Source: Callorhinchus milii (lineage: Eukaryota). Taken from it: 64,000 nucleotides of DNA. The DNA lies in contig NW_024704742.1 of NCBI RefSeq assembly GCF_018977255.1, positions 7,256,001 through 7,320,000 on the forward strand, in the 5' to 3' direction. Numbering within the stretch: the first letter of the stretch is position 1; each line of letters opens with the position of its first letter. The notes under the pieces are model-generated. The model did not search any database, was not told the DNA's origin, and saw only the letters and a program-made list of their open reading frames with translations. This document shows, one piece after another, positions 1 through 13,300 of this stretch. Made by a program: the position numbers and the translations under genes.

Positions 1-194
1 GAAACCGCCGCAAGATTATGTTTCCCCGACTGGTCAGCATCAAAATCAAAAACTTTTGCCTACAAAATAAACAGTCAATTCACTTTACAGTATATTCCGT
101 GAAGCGCTTAGGAGATGTCTTGAAGACGTGATAACGCACTATATCGAATGCAAGGATTATTGTTACTATCAAGTCTGGTATATAAAAAAAATCA

Positions 195-620
195 ATGTCT
201 TATCAAGTTGTCAAAATGCCTCAAAGTACGTTCACAAGAATTTACTGCAAAGTGAAGTGACTGGTTATTCTGTAGATGAACACGGCACATAAAAGGCATA
301 GCAATGTCCCACCAACAGCCAGGAGGTGAATGATCAATTTTATCTGGGTGAACGTTGGCTGGGATACCGGGAGAAACACCCTTCCCTTTTTCGAGTCATG
401 TCATGGGATCTTTAACGTCCACCTGAACAGGCAGAAAGGATTTTAGTTTAACATTTCACCTGACGGATGGCAACTCCGACATTGCAGCACTTCCTCCCCC
501 CCCAGCTCATAGTCTAGGCTGGAGTGTCAGCCTAGACTATGAGCTCAAAGATTTAATGTGGGGCTTAAACCCACAACCTTCTGACTCAAAGGTGAAAGAG
601 CTACCAAGTGAGCCAGGCTC
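195..620 (-). mobile_element. Older DeuSINE (AmnSINE1/SacSINE1-like)
   Basis: Reverse complement contains caggtggacgttaaagatcccatga..gaaaaaggaaggg and the head gagtcagaaggttgtgggtttaagcccc. Confidence 0.75.
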
Positions 621-701
621 ATTGCCCAGGCTGATACCAGACACTCCCTCTGCCAGACACATACCATGAGCAGTACAAATATTTCAAATGAAACTCAGGT
701 T

Positions 702-1147
702 AATAATAATAATCCTTGCATTTGATATAGCGCCTTATCACGTTTCGCCCACAAATATACCGTCAATTTACGTTACAGTCTATTCTGTGAAGCGCTTTGA
801 GACGTCAAGAAGACATAAAAAGCGCTCTATCAAATGCAAGGATTATTATTATATTTTATACTGTAAAGTGAATTGACTATGTTTTGTGGATGAAACGCAG
901 CAGCCAATTGCGCACAGAAGTGTCCCACAAACAATAGTGGATTGAAGTGACCAATTTATTATTTTTCTTTAAGAAATTATTACCCCAGGAAAAGCGATCT
1001 GCCAATCGACTAGGAACCAGATTCCTACTTAATGGTAGATAAACAGAGGCGTGTGGAGTAAGGAAACATTTCACCCTGCCGGGAATCAAACCCAGGTCCT
1101 CTCGCTTGCTAGGCTACTGCTCTAACCACTGAGCTACAGGACACCAG
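702..1147 (-). mobile_element. Long-subfamily SINE interrupted by an oppositely oriented SINE 3' fragment (about 742-855, +)
   Basis: Minus tail 702-742, plus-strand tail 742-852, minus body and head 856-1147. Confidence 0.82.
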
Positions 1148-1711
1148 GTTGCTCATTACAACATGTAAGATATTTCCGCCATCAAATAAATCTTTTGCTT
1201 CTGAGATTCCACAATCTCTCATTGGTGGCAATCAGATCTAGAGTAACATATTAGAAGCAATCCCTCAGGATTATGGTTGTCATGACAGACGTTCCTGTAC
1301 AGTTTTGCAGATTTATGGATCAAATGTAGAGGTTGAAATGTGAGGTGTATTCCTGTCTCCATTTCACGGTATAAAGTGTATCGACTGTAAATGTGATCTC
1401 TCTTCCCCACGTGAACATCAAGTGTTTTTATTGCCTGCAGGATTGATGCCACTGTCTGCACCAAGAAGTACTAGAACATTGGCAGTAAAAGTGTCCCATT
1501 ACAGGTATCAATCCCTGTTACTCCATTGCACTAATCTTTATTGTCAGGGAGATTATGAAAGTCTTTCTCATAAAGTAGTGTGTGGGGCTGCTATTCAACT
1601 CTGTTCAGGAATGTACTACACGTCATGGGTGTTAGGCAGCTTGGCTCATTTGGCAGCATCATCACTAAGTCAGAAGGTCATGGGTTCTAGGTATATCCTT
1701 CCAGTGCACTG

Positions 1712-2040
1712 TGGAGTCCTGTAGCTCAGTGGTTAGAGCACTCGCCTTGCAAGCGAGATACCTGGGTTCAATTCCAGGCAGGACGAAACCTTGGGCAAGT
1801 TTCCTTACTCCACACAGAGCCTAATAATAATCCTCCAAAAAACAATAATAAATTGGTCATTTTCAATCTATGACTGTTTGTGGGACGTTGCTGTGCGCAA
1901 TTGGCTGCCGTGTTTCGCCCACAAATATACGATCAATTCACTTTACTATTCACTTTACAGTCTATTCTGTGAAGCGCTTTGAGACGTCGAGAAGACGTGA
2001 AAAGCGCTATATCAAATGCAAGGATTATTATTATTATTAC
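1712..2040 (+). mobile_element. tRNA-Ala SINE, short subfamily, inserted in an older DeuSINE (about 1635-2310)
   Basis: Full head-to-(ATT)n copy; flanks carry a DeuSINE head (gtcagaaggtcatgggttc) and body (caggtggacgttaaagatccc). Confidence 0.88.
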
Positions 2041-3140
2041 TGGTGGGAGGGGGGGGGCAACATTTTTGTCAGATATTAAATCAAACTCCCACCTGCTTGT
2101 TCAGGTGGACGTTAAAGATCCCAGGAGGTTATTTGAAAACAGAAGGGAGATTCTTACAGTGTCTGAGCCGATTGTCCCCCAAATGAAATCGTTTGTGGCC
2201 GTTTGTGGACCATTGCTGTGCGCAAATCGGCTGCCGCCTTTGCCTACAAAAATATACAGTCACTTCATTGAGGCATTTCAATAATGTGAAAAGTAGACCA
2301 TATGGAGGAATGATTACTTTTTATGGTCAGGTGACAATTCAAATGTGAGTCTCATTACTTTTTTTTCACATTCATTACCATAGTTAAGAAGCGATGCCCA
2401 GTTATTTGCAAATCTTCCACTTGTGCAAAAGGAATGTGTGTACATGTGGACGAGAGCTTGCTCCAATACAACAGAGTCAAAAGGACCATCATCAACAACA
2501 ACAACAACACATTAATTTGTATAGCACCTTTCACATCAGAAGGACGTCCCAAGGCGCTGAACAGTCAAAGAAATGTTATGAGTTCAAATAAAAGAGCATC
2601 ATCTCAAAAGAGTGTCGGTGAGAAATTATAGTGGCAGAGTACTGTGGCTACCTACCCCAGTTATATTTAAACCATGCAGGACCTTAGGACAACAGATGAC
2701 TGTGGTAATCTATTGAGACATGCTTTTCTTCCACTTGCTTACTGTACTGTGTTAGTGTCTTGTAGATCAACAGCAGGGTGCACTCCCCAGTAACAATTTC
2801 AGGAAGAAAAGTAGGGAAGGAGCTGACTGGGGCCAAATGTTAGTGTTTCAAAACACTATGGCCATGTCTTACTCTCAGACATGCGGGTTTAAGAGTAAGA
2901 ATCTTGTGGAGCTGAGTAGAGATTATCTTGAGCAGATTAGAGTTCATTTAGCCCCCCCCCCCCAAAGTGGGTATGTCCACAAAACACATACCTTTTACGG
3001 TATATCCTGTGAAGTGCTTTGAGACATCCTCCAGAACTGAAAGCTGTTATACCAATTGTAAAGAATATTATTTGGATAATCAAATATTTTGGAATTTGGC
3101 CTCTTCCCATACACCCAGTTTTGCCATGTGTTGGATTTCT

Positions 3141-3465
3141 GTGGAGTCCTGTAGCTCAGTGGTTAGAGCTCTCGCTTTGCAAGCGAGACACCTGGGTTCA
3201 ATTCCAGGTAGGGCGAAACCTTGGGCAAGTTTCCTTACTCCACACGGCTAATAATAATCCCTCCAAAACAAAACAATAATAAATTGGTCATTTTCAATCC
3301 ACGACTGTTTGTGGGACATTGCTGTGCACAATTGGCTGCCGCGTTTCGCTCACAAATATACGGTCAATTCACTTTACAGCATATTCTGTGAAGCGCTTTG
3401 AGACGTCAAGAATACGTGAAAAACGCTATATCAAATGCAAGAATTATATTATTATATTATTATTA
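3141..3465 (+). mobile_element. tRNA-Ala SINE, short subfamily
   Basis: Same consensus. Confidence 0.88.
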
Positions 3466-3595
3466 TTTCTCCACCCAGCAGAGCGCATGCAAAGCTGTTT
3501 CCGCAGCACAGTGAGCTGTTGCCCAAAACCACACTTACAATGGTTACCCAGACTTACACGAGAAGAAAAGGAAGCAATTTAGTCGAGGCCTGAAA

Positions 3596-3940
3596 GTGGA
3601 GTCCTGTGGCTCAGTGGTTAGAGCTCTTGTCTCGCGAGCAAGAGGACCTGGGTTTGATACCAGGGCAGGGCTAAAAGTTGGGCAAGTTTCCTTACTCCAC
3701 CCGCCTCTGTTTACCTAACAGTAAGTAGGAACCTGGTTGTTAGTCGATCGCTTTTCCGGAGGTAATGATCCATTAAAAAAAAAGTCACTCAATCCACGAC
3801 TGAGGGACACTGCTGTGCGCAATTGACTGCCCACAAAATATACAGTCAATTCACTTTACAGTATATTCTGTGAAGTGCTTTGAGAGGTCTCAAAGACGTG
3901 ATAAGACACTATATCAAATGCAAGGTTATTATTATATTAT
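3596..3940 (+). mobile_element. tRNA SINE, long subfamily
   Basis: Contains the gcctctgtttaccta..agtaagtaggaacctggttgttagtcgat segment absent from short copies. Confidence 0.88.
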
Positions 3941-5714
3941 AAATTCTGATGATCTTAGCCTCAAGACCCTGAGCCGATTGATTTAAAATTGAAGATTGAA
4001 TCAGATTTTGTCAAATTTTTGAATTCAGTCCTAATTTATAATGTTGATTTGCTGTAGCTCTTTATGTGAAATGCGGAAAAGTGGGTTTTAAAATCTAAGA
4101 CTGAATTTAAGAATTGTATAAAGTTCTGCACTATCTTAAATTTTAAGACAAAGGCCTTCAGGCTAAGACCATGTGAATATAGCGTTCCTGGTAAGTAACA
4201 TGAACACTGACTGGGTGGCACACTTGGAACGCAGTGCAGTGTTGTTTTCAGTGAACACAGTGAATGTGTGTGGTTCGATTGTGTTACTGAGTTTGCCGGC
4301 ACTGGATCCCATTGGGACCTGACCATGTGGGAGATGCAGAACAAAGCTCTCCGGCTATTTGCAACCAATGGTGCACCTCATCGACCATTGAATAAACAGC
4401 ATCAGGTTTGCTTGGTGTTGCAGAGCACAGTGGAAACATGTAGGACCATGGTTCGAAAGTCAGGTCACAAAGGTTGCTTGTACCAGAATTTTAATGGCTT
4501 TGAAACAGGAGACATAGGCTACAACAACAACAACAACAACAACAACAAGATTTCATTTATAGAGCGCCTTTCACGTCGGGAGGACGTCCCAAGGGATGTG
4601 GAGCAGACTGGAGCCAGAGGAACGGAGGGTACAGGCAGGTAGGTAGGGGGATAGTAGGTCGGAGAGGTAGGAGGGAGCAAGGCCGTGAATGGCCTTGTAG
4701 GTGAGGATGAGGATCAACAATTTGCATTTACATAGCGCCCTTCACACCAGACAGCGTCTCGGAGCACTTTAGCGAAATTACTCACGGATTTCGTGAGTCT
4801 TAATAAAAATAATCCTTGCATTTGATAAAGCATCTTATCATATCTTCGAGATATCTCAAAGCGCTTCACAGAATATAGTGCCTTAAGAAGAGATCAGGTA
4901 AGGTGAGGAGGTCTGAAGCGCAGAAGAGAAGACATTGACAGGAGCCAAAGAGTATGGCTTCTGTCTTGTCAACGTTCAGCTGCAGGAAGTTGGCTGTCCA
5001 TCTCATGGCTTAGAGAACTTATTCCAGGGTTGCAGCTGAGCTGCCACACACCAATTGCATTGCATTGAGCACCCAGAGGCTGCCAATATCTGCCTTAGAA
5101 TCCATCACTGGTAATAAACGACAGTGAAAAAAAAGACACAAGCCCACAATGTACTACAAATAAAATAAATTAATGCCCAAAGGTGAAGCCAGGCAGTGAT
5201 CCAATCTCAGATCAGGCCGTGATCATAAACCACTTGAGCTTTGTTCTCGTTATTTATGATGCCACCTGAGCCCCTCAAGGAGATTACTGCTCTGTGACCA
5301 TTCCCAAGTACCTGAGCTTCGCTACTTAAACAAAGCGTCACAGTTGGTGTGGCTGCAGATTGTCAATGATGTTTAAGCAGTAATTGCGATGGGTCAAGGA
5401 AGGCAGATGGCCAGAGAGATTTTGACCTTCACCCAGGGTTTGCAATGAATGTGATCAGCACATAACCAACCCACGAGTTTTTAGATGAAGGCAGAGTGAT
5501 TTCATGATCACCGACCATTGGTTCCTCGAGCCACTGAAGCAAATGGAAGCTCACGACATCAGTGGGTGGTACATTTGTACTCCAAGCTATAAGTGTGCAG
5601 CAGCAGAAATTGTTTTGTAAATGTAGGCAGCTCATTGTTCCTATAATTGTTTCCCCATCCTGTTTAAAGGCAGTCCAAGAAAAGAGAAGGGCATCAGGGA
5701 TTTATTTCTTCTGT

Positions 5715-6200
5715 GCCCCGCTTGTCGACCTTCCCAACTCCTCCCTCCACAGGCTGCAGATAATCCAGAACTCTGCAGCCCATGTCCTCTCCTGCACCAA
5801 ACTATGTGACCGAATCTCTCCCACTGTCGCCCGACTCCACTGTCTCCCTATCCTTCAGAGGATCCAGTTCAAGATCCTGATTCTCACATACAAAGCCCTC
5901 CATGGCCTCGCCCCACCCTACCTCTGCGACCTCCTAACCCCCTACCAACCTGCCTGTTCCCTCCGCTCAGCCGTGTCCGGACTGCTCCACATCCCCCGAC
6001 CCACCCGCCCCACAATTGGCGGGAGAGCCTTCAGCCACTTTGCCCCCAACCTCTGGAATTCCATTCCCCAGTCACTCTGCCTCGCCCCCTCCTTAGCCAC
6101 CTTCAAGTCCGGCCTCAAGACCCTCCTCTTCGACCATGCCATCGGCCCCCCCTTCCCCTCCCCTCCCTTCTCCCCCTACAAATGCAATGTTGTTGTTGTT
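5715..6200 (+). mobile_element. L2 LINE 3' fragment
   Basis: LQIIQNSAAHVL..RIQFKILILTYKALHGLAPPYL..GGRAFSHFAPNLWNS; (TTG)n tail. Confidence 0.9.
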
Positions 6201-6389
6201 GTACAAAGTTTGTACAAAATCTTATTCATGTTAATCTATTGGAATAATCACCTACTGCACTTCTTTTTGGGTTAAACATAGACCATAAGTGATACCTATA
6301 AGAAGGCTCAATGTTCACTGTCAATACTTACTATAAAAATTGCATCAGGCTTCACAGGACTTCTGGATCCCAGCAGTTTTCATAGCACG

Positions 6390-6745
6390 GGAGCAAACCA
6401 TGACTATCCCGTTGCGCAATTCATAGTGCTTGGGATTTGTTGCATTGTTGGAGGTGCAATCCTTCAGATGAAACAATAAACCAAGGTCCAGTCTAAACAT
6501 TTAAGATCAAATTGACCTATTTGCAAAGAGAAGGGAGTTTTTCCTGGTGTCCAGGCCAACAAACAGCCAAATAAAATTGGTAATTCTCTCAATGTTTGTG
6601 GGTGAGGTTGAGTGCAAATCAGCTGCCACATTCACCTGTAAGTAGACAGTATCTAGACTTCACAATAAAATCCTGTGAAGTACTTTGAGACATTGTGACA
6701 ATGTGATAAGGTATGAAATCAAATGCAAGGACTATTATTATTATT
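6390..6745 (+). mobile_element. Older DeuSINE
   Basis: gttggaggtgcaatccttcagatgaaacaataaaccaaggtcc..aagagaagggagtttttcctggtgtccaggccaac. Confidence 0.7.
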
Positions 6746-6847
6746 TACTGACTGACGGACTGTGAAGGTTTCTTCCTGTCCTCAATATTCCTATGAAGTT
6801 TCTGATAATCAGTGACCAAATTTGCTATTCCTCTAATACAAATCATA

Positions 6848-7190
6848 TGGAGTCCTGTAGCTTAGTGGTTAGAGCACTCACCTCGCAAACCTGGGTTCAA
6901 TTCCTGGGCAGGGCGAAATGTTGAGCAAGTTTCCTTACTCCACACGCCTGTTTATCTAGCAGTAAGTAGGACCTGGGTGTTAGTCGATTGGTGGATCGCT
7001 TTTCCGGGGGTAATAGTTCCTTAAATAAAAACATTTGGTCACTCAATCCACGACTGTCTATGGGATACTGCTGTTTGCAATTGACTGCCACTTTTTGCTC
7101 ACAAAATATACAGTCAATTCACTGTGAAGAGCCTTGAGATGTCTGGAAGACGTGATAAGGTGCTATATCAAATGCAAGGATTATTATATA
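6848..7190 (+). mobile_element. tRNA SINE, long subfamily
   Basis: Same consensus. Confidence 0.87.
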
Positions 7191-7499
7191 TGCCGACAGG
7201 TCCAAAGTCACTATCTGTGCTATGGTTTCATTCTATGTCAGCTCTTATGCCACAAACCAGAAAGACTCAGAAGTTACTTTGTAAAATATAGACCTATAGG
7301 TAAAATTGGCCTGATTGTTGTGCTGCCATTTGGAAACCACATGAGCTTTGCTCTGTCCATGAATTTCATGGAACTGTTCAGTTGATTTACTGCCTCAAAA
7401 TTTACTACCTCTCAATTGCCCAAGAGCAATATTTTTTTTGTTTCTTGAGTGGAAGAGCTCTGATTCACTCGCCCACAAAATACAGTCAATCTTTACAAG

Positions 7500-8282
7500 T
7501 GGAGCTCGTAAAGCTGAATATGGACAAGACGGGAACCATACTCCTTGGCTCCCGTCAATGTCTTCACTCCTGCGGATCTAAACTCCTCAACCTCCCTGGG
7601 CTCTCCCTCAGACTCACCAAACCAGTGTGCAAACTAGGCATCCAGTTTGACCCCCAACTATTCTTCCTCTCCCTGACCAGGACCGCCTTCTTCCACCTCC
7701 ACCATATTGCTCATCTCCGACCGTACCCCAAATGCAGATGAAACCCTCGTGCATGCGTTTGTCACCTCCGGCTTGGATTACTGCAACGCACTCCTCGCCA
7801 GTCTCCCCAGCTCCACCATTCATAAGATCCAGCTCCTTCGGTACTTTGCCATCCACATACTGACCCGGACCAAACTCCATACCCGCATCTCACCAGTTCT
7901 GGCCCAGGCTCCACTGGCTCCACATCACCAAACAGATCGACTTCAAGATCCTCACACTCGTGCTCAAATCCATTCACTCCCTGGCACCTCCCTACCTCTT
8001 GGACATCCTTACCCCCCAATCCACCACCCGGCACTTCCGCTTGACTGGCACTGGCCTCCTGCTTGTCCCTCGCACCCACTGCCCCACCATTAGAGGTTGC
8101 GCTTTCAGCCACTTCACCCCCAAACTCTGGAACACTCTCCCTCCACCTTGCCCCCTCGCTCCCCTCTTTCAAAGCCCACCTGAAAACTTTCCTCTTTGCT
8201 TACGTCACCTCTTCCCTCCTCCTGGCTCGGAGTCAAGCTCCACCACTGTTAAGCACTCCAAGCTGTGTGGTGGGCACTATAT
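7500..8282 (+). mobile_element. L2 LINE 3' fragment (frameshifted)
   Basis: KLNMDKT..LG; ETLVHAFVTSGLDYCNALL; AFSHFTPKLWNTLP. Confidence 0.88.
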
Positions 8283-8283
8283 C

Positions 8284-9545
8284 ATATCATAGAATCATAC
8301 AGCACAGAAGGAGGCCATTCGGCCCATCGTGTCTGTGCCAGCTCTTTGAAAAGAGCTATCCAATTCAATCCCACTCCCCCACACTCTTCCCATAGCCCTG
8401 CAGACTTGTTCTCCCCAAATAATTATCTACTTCTCTTTTAAAAGCTGTTATCAAATCGGCTTCTACCACCCTTTCTGGCAATGCATTCCAGATCTGAACA
8501 ACTCACTGTGAAAAAAAAATGTCTCTTCACCTCCCCTCTGTTTCTTTTAACAACTATTTTAAAATCAGTGCCCTCTGGTTACCAACCCACCCACCAGTAG
8601 AAATAGTTCCTCCTTGGTCACCCTATCAAATCCCCTCGTCATTTTGAAAACCTCTATTAAGTTTCTTCTTAACCTTCTCTGCTCCAAGGAGAATAATCCC
8701 AGCTTCTCTAGCCTCTCCTGATAATGAAGTCCCTCATTCCTGGTACCATCCTGATAAATCTGCGTTGCACCCTCTCTGATGCTTTGACATCCTTCCTAAA
8801 GTGTGGTGCCCCAAACTGAACACAGTACTCTAGCTGAGGCTTAACCAGTGTTTTGTAACTTCCTGACTTTTGTATTCTATGCCTGTATTTTTGAAGCCTA
8901 GTATCCCATATACTTTTTTTAACAGCTTTATCTACCTGTCCTGCGATCTTCAAAGATTTACTTATATGAACCCACAGCCAGGTCTCTCTGTTCCTTCATC
9001 CCCTTTAAGATTGTACCATCAGCTTATATTGCCTCTCCTCATTCTTCCTCCCAAAATCCATCACTTTGCATTTCTCCATATTAAACTTCATCTGCCACGT
9101 GTCTGCCCATTTTGCCAGTCTGTCCATGTCCATTTGGAGTCTGCCACTACCCTCCTCACTGTTTACTATTTTTCCTAGCTTAGTATCATCTGCAAACTTG
9201 GGTATAGGGAGTTAAATTTCCAAGTCCAGGTCATTTATTTAGATCAAAAACAGCAGTGGTCCCAATACTGACTCCTGGGGGACACCACTGCACACTTCCC
9301 TCCAGTCAGAAAAACAACCATTCACCACCACTCTCTGTTTTCTGACTCCCAGCCAGTTCTGTATCCGCTGCCACTGATCCTTTAATACCGTGGACTTCTA
9401 TTTTGCTCTTATGTGGCACGTTATCAAATGCCTTTTGAAAATCCATATAAACTACATCAACTGCACTACCTTCATCCACCCTCTCCATTACTTCATCAAA
9501 AACTGTCAGTTTTGTTGGACATGATTTGCTTTTAACACATCTGTG
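8284..9545 (-). mobile_element. CR1 LINE 3' fragment
   Basis: VDVVYMDFQKAFD, YKTLVKPQLEYCVQF..VQRRF motifs; CR1 tail at about 8284-8330. Confidence 0.93.
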
Positions 9546-10099
9546 TTATATAAGTGCAAGTTGTTGTTCTTGTTGTTGTTACAATATATTCCGTGATGTG
9601 CTTTGAGAAGTCTCAGTGATGAGGCACTGTATCAAATGCAAGGATTATTATTATCATTACTGCACCAAAGACTAGAGCAGAATTCAATTTCTTGGTTAGA
9701 TTTTTTTCTGGCTGGCCTCCACATCATGCATCATTCCTGGCCAAGACAACAAGCAAGTAATCTATTGTGAGAGCATTGCCAAACTGCTACACTGAAGGCT
9801 CTAACACTGAGCAAACAGCTTGAGACTGTTCTCTTATTGACCCTCCTTCCTCTGGACTTGGCACAATGTCCTCATCGGCTCATTTGGCTGAGTCCTGGAC
9901 TGGGGATCAGAGGATTCTTAACTCAAAGCTAACTTAACCTCCATAGTTAAGGTCAACCAAATGAGTACCATGTGTAAAGAAGTTAACGGGGATGAACTAG
10001 CTGCAAGATGACGTCTTTGGAAAAGCCAAACAATTCCACTGTAATCCGAGGCCAAACAAGGAGCTCCAGCAAATGTCCTTAATTCTGGAACCCATAACT

Positions 10100-10365
10100 G
10101 TTAAAGGAAACAGAAGGGAGGTGAGGAGAAATTTTTTTCACACAGCGAGTTGCTCGGATTAGGAATGCATTGCCTGGAAGGGTGATGGAAGCCAATTTGA
10201 TAGCAACTTTTAAGAGAGTAGTAGATAATTATTTGGGGAGAACACGTTTGCAGGGCTTTGGAGAGAGAGCAGGGGAGTGGCATTGATTTGCATAGATCTT
10301 TTCGAAGAGCCGGCATAGACATGATGGGCTGAATGGCCTCCTTCTGTGCTGTATAATTCTATGAT
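10100..10365 (+). mobile_element. CR1 3' end
   Basis: tttttttcacacagcgagttg..ggaatgcattgcctg..gggctgaatggcctccttctgtgctgtataattctatga. Confidence 0.88.
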
Positions 10366-10800
10366 AGCTCCAATGTGCCCTAGCTGGACAAGTACTGTGG
10401 TACAATGGTATTATTGTAATGTGGGGTCCAGAATGTGGTTTAGAATGAAAAAGAATCAATTTATTGGTTATGAATTACTGAATTATCCAGATGTAATATT
10501 TGCAAACCCTCTCCGCCTTCCCCCCACCAATATTGTTTTCGAAGGAAACTCCCAAAAAAACAGGTCATGCAAATACTAAACAGTTATGCATTCAACTTAT
10601 GGTTTGCGAATCATAGCATTTGACTGTACTTTAACAGCACACTCAGTTTGTTTTTTTATTGGTTTGTTAAAAAAAAACGTAAACCTGCTCACCATCTAAT
10701 ACTGGGTTCATAATCTATATCCAGGTATTTCCTGCTCAGTGCATTCCAAACTTAAATAATACTTGCCTTTCATATATCGCTTTATCATAGCGTTGAAATG

Positions 10801-12320
10801 AATCATAGAATCATACAGCACAAAAAGAAGCCATTTGGCTCATCGAGTCTATGACGGCACTTTGAAAAGAGCAATGTAATGTCAATCCCACTCCCCAGCC
10901 CTTTCCCCATAACCCTGCAGACCCGTCCTCCTCAAATACCCGTCCACCGCGTTTTTAAAAGTTGTTATCGAATCGGCCTCCACCACCCTTTCAGGCAATG
11001 CGTTCCAGATTCGAACAACTCGTTGCGTGAAAACATTTCTTCTCATGTCCCCTCTGCTTCTTTTAGAGACTATTTTAAACCTGTGACCTCGAGTTGCCGA
11101 CACACCAACCAGTGGAAACAGTTTTTCCCTTTCTAACCTATCAAATCCCCTTGTGATTTTGAGGACCTCTATTAGGTCTCCTCGTAACCTTCTCTGCTCC
11201 AATGAGAATAATCCTCACCTCTCCAGCCTTTCCTCATAATCAAGGTCCCTCATTCCTGGTACCATCCTCGTAAATCTCCTCTGCACCCTTTCCAATGCCT
11301 TAACACCCTTCCTATAGTGCAGTGCCCGGAACTGGGCGCAGTATTCTAACTGAGGCCTAACCAGTGTTTTATATTGGTTAATCATAACCTCCTGACTCTT
11401 GTACTCTATGCCCCTATTTATAAAGCCTAGTATTCCATATACCCTTTTTACAGCTTTATCTACCTGTCCTGCCACCTTCAAGGATTCATTTACCTGCACC
11501 CCCAGGTCTCTCTGTTCTTTCACCCCCCTTAAGATTGTATTACCGCCTATATTGTCTCCCCTCATTCTTTCTACCAAAATGCAATACCTCGCATTTCTCC
11601 ACATTGAAACTCATCTGCCATTTTACCATTCGGTCTGTGTCTTCCTGCAGTTGACTACTATCCTTCTCACTGTTTACCGCCCTACCTAACTTTGTGTCGT
11701 CCACAAACTTGGAAATGGTACTTGCTATACTCAAGTCCAGATCATTTATGTATATTAAGAAGAGCAGTGGTCCTAATACCGATCCCTGGGGGACGCCACT
11801 GTACACTCCCCTCCAGTCAGAAAAGCAGCTGTTCACCACCACTCTGCTCTCTGTCTCCCAGCCCGTTCTGGATCCATGCTGCCACTGTCCCTTTTATACC
11901 ATGGGCTTCTATCTTTCTTACAAGTCTTTCATGTGGCACTTTGTCAAATGCCTTTTGAAAGTCCATGTAAACTACATCAACTGCACTACCTTTATCCACC
12001 CTCTCCGTTACCTCATCGAAAAATTCTATTAGAATTGTTAGACAAGATTTACTTTTAACAAATCCGTGTTGGCTGTCCCTCATTAACCCATATTCTTCCA
12101 AGTGAAGATTTATTCAGTCCCGGATTATAGTCTCCAGGAGTTTCCCCACTACTGATGTTAGGCTGACTGGTCTGTAGTTCCCAGGTTTGTCCTTCTCTCC
12201 TTTTTTGTACAGGGGAGTCACATTGGTCACTTTCCAGTCCTCTGGCACCACCCCTGTGTCCAACGAAGATTGAAAAATTGTAGCCAAAGCCTCCGCTATT
12301 TGTATCCATGCCTCCCATAG
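10801..12320 (-). mobile_element. CR1 LINE 3' fragment (decayed ORF2 reverse transcriptase)
   Basis: [91 protein letters not shown] across frameshifts; ATTCTATG-type CR1 tail. Confidence 0.95.
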
Positions 12321-12919
12321 TAACCTTGGCTGCTTCAAAGGTTTAACTGGAAAGTGTAGTGGCTGTGTATTTATAGGCAAATGCAGCAGTTAATTTGCAC
12401 TCAACAATTCTTACAAACAGCAACCAAATTCAAAAGTTTGTGAGCTCTGATTGCAAGCTCATAGACGTTTATAAACACAGAAGAAGCCCATTCGTCTCAT
12501 CATTATTATTATCTCATTATTATTATCATCATCGTGTCAATTGTGCTCAGCATTTGGCCCAGTATTCACCTAAATAAGTTTTAAATGATGATTATTTGGC
12601 CCGGGCACCTCCCTACCTTTCTAACCTGCTTTCTCTTAACTCCACAACACACTGCCTCCGCTCGGGTGGTTCTGGCCTCCTGCTTGGCCCTCGTCTCCTG
12701 AGCTTGTCACTATCGACGGCTGTGCTTTCAGCCACCACACCCTGAAGCTTTGGAAATCTCTTCCCCAATCCCTCCGCCTTGCCTCCTCCTTCCCCTCTTT
12801 TAGAACACGATTGTAGATCTTCCTCTTCGGCTCCAAGATGCTGCTCCGCATTAAGGGATGGCTGATATACCAGGGTTCCAGGCAGCAGTCAAGTTTGACA
12901 AATATTTGACAAGTAAATA

Positions 12920-13300
12920 TTAGGTTGGCTCAATCGCCTCTAGAGTAGATGATTTGGGATTCAAGCCTAATATTGAGTCTTTGAGCTCATAGTGCAGGTT
13001 GACACACCAGGGCTTTTACTGGGGGAGCGTTATCAGAGGTGTTGATGACAAGACCAAGGTTCAATGTACCTGTTCAAATGGCCTTTAAAGATCCCAATAC
13101 ACTATTCAAAAAGATGGGCATTTCTCTCAGAATTCTGGCCAATAAAGCTCCAGATAACTTGGTTACTCTTTCAAGACTGACTGTGAGACATTGCAGGGTA
13201 CTGTGACTGCTCCATTTGCCTACAGATAGTTACTACTGTTCCCTGTGAAGCATTTTGAGACAATTTTGATGTTATAGGCACTATATCGAATAAGAGAATT
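12920..13300 (+). mobile_element. Degenerate DeuSINE
   Basis: cctgttcaaatggcctttaaagatccca..actattc..ctggccaa plus tail. Confidence 0.6.
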
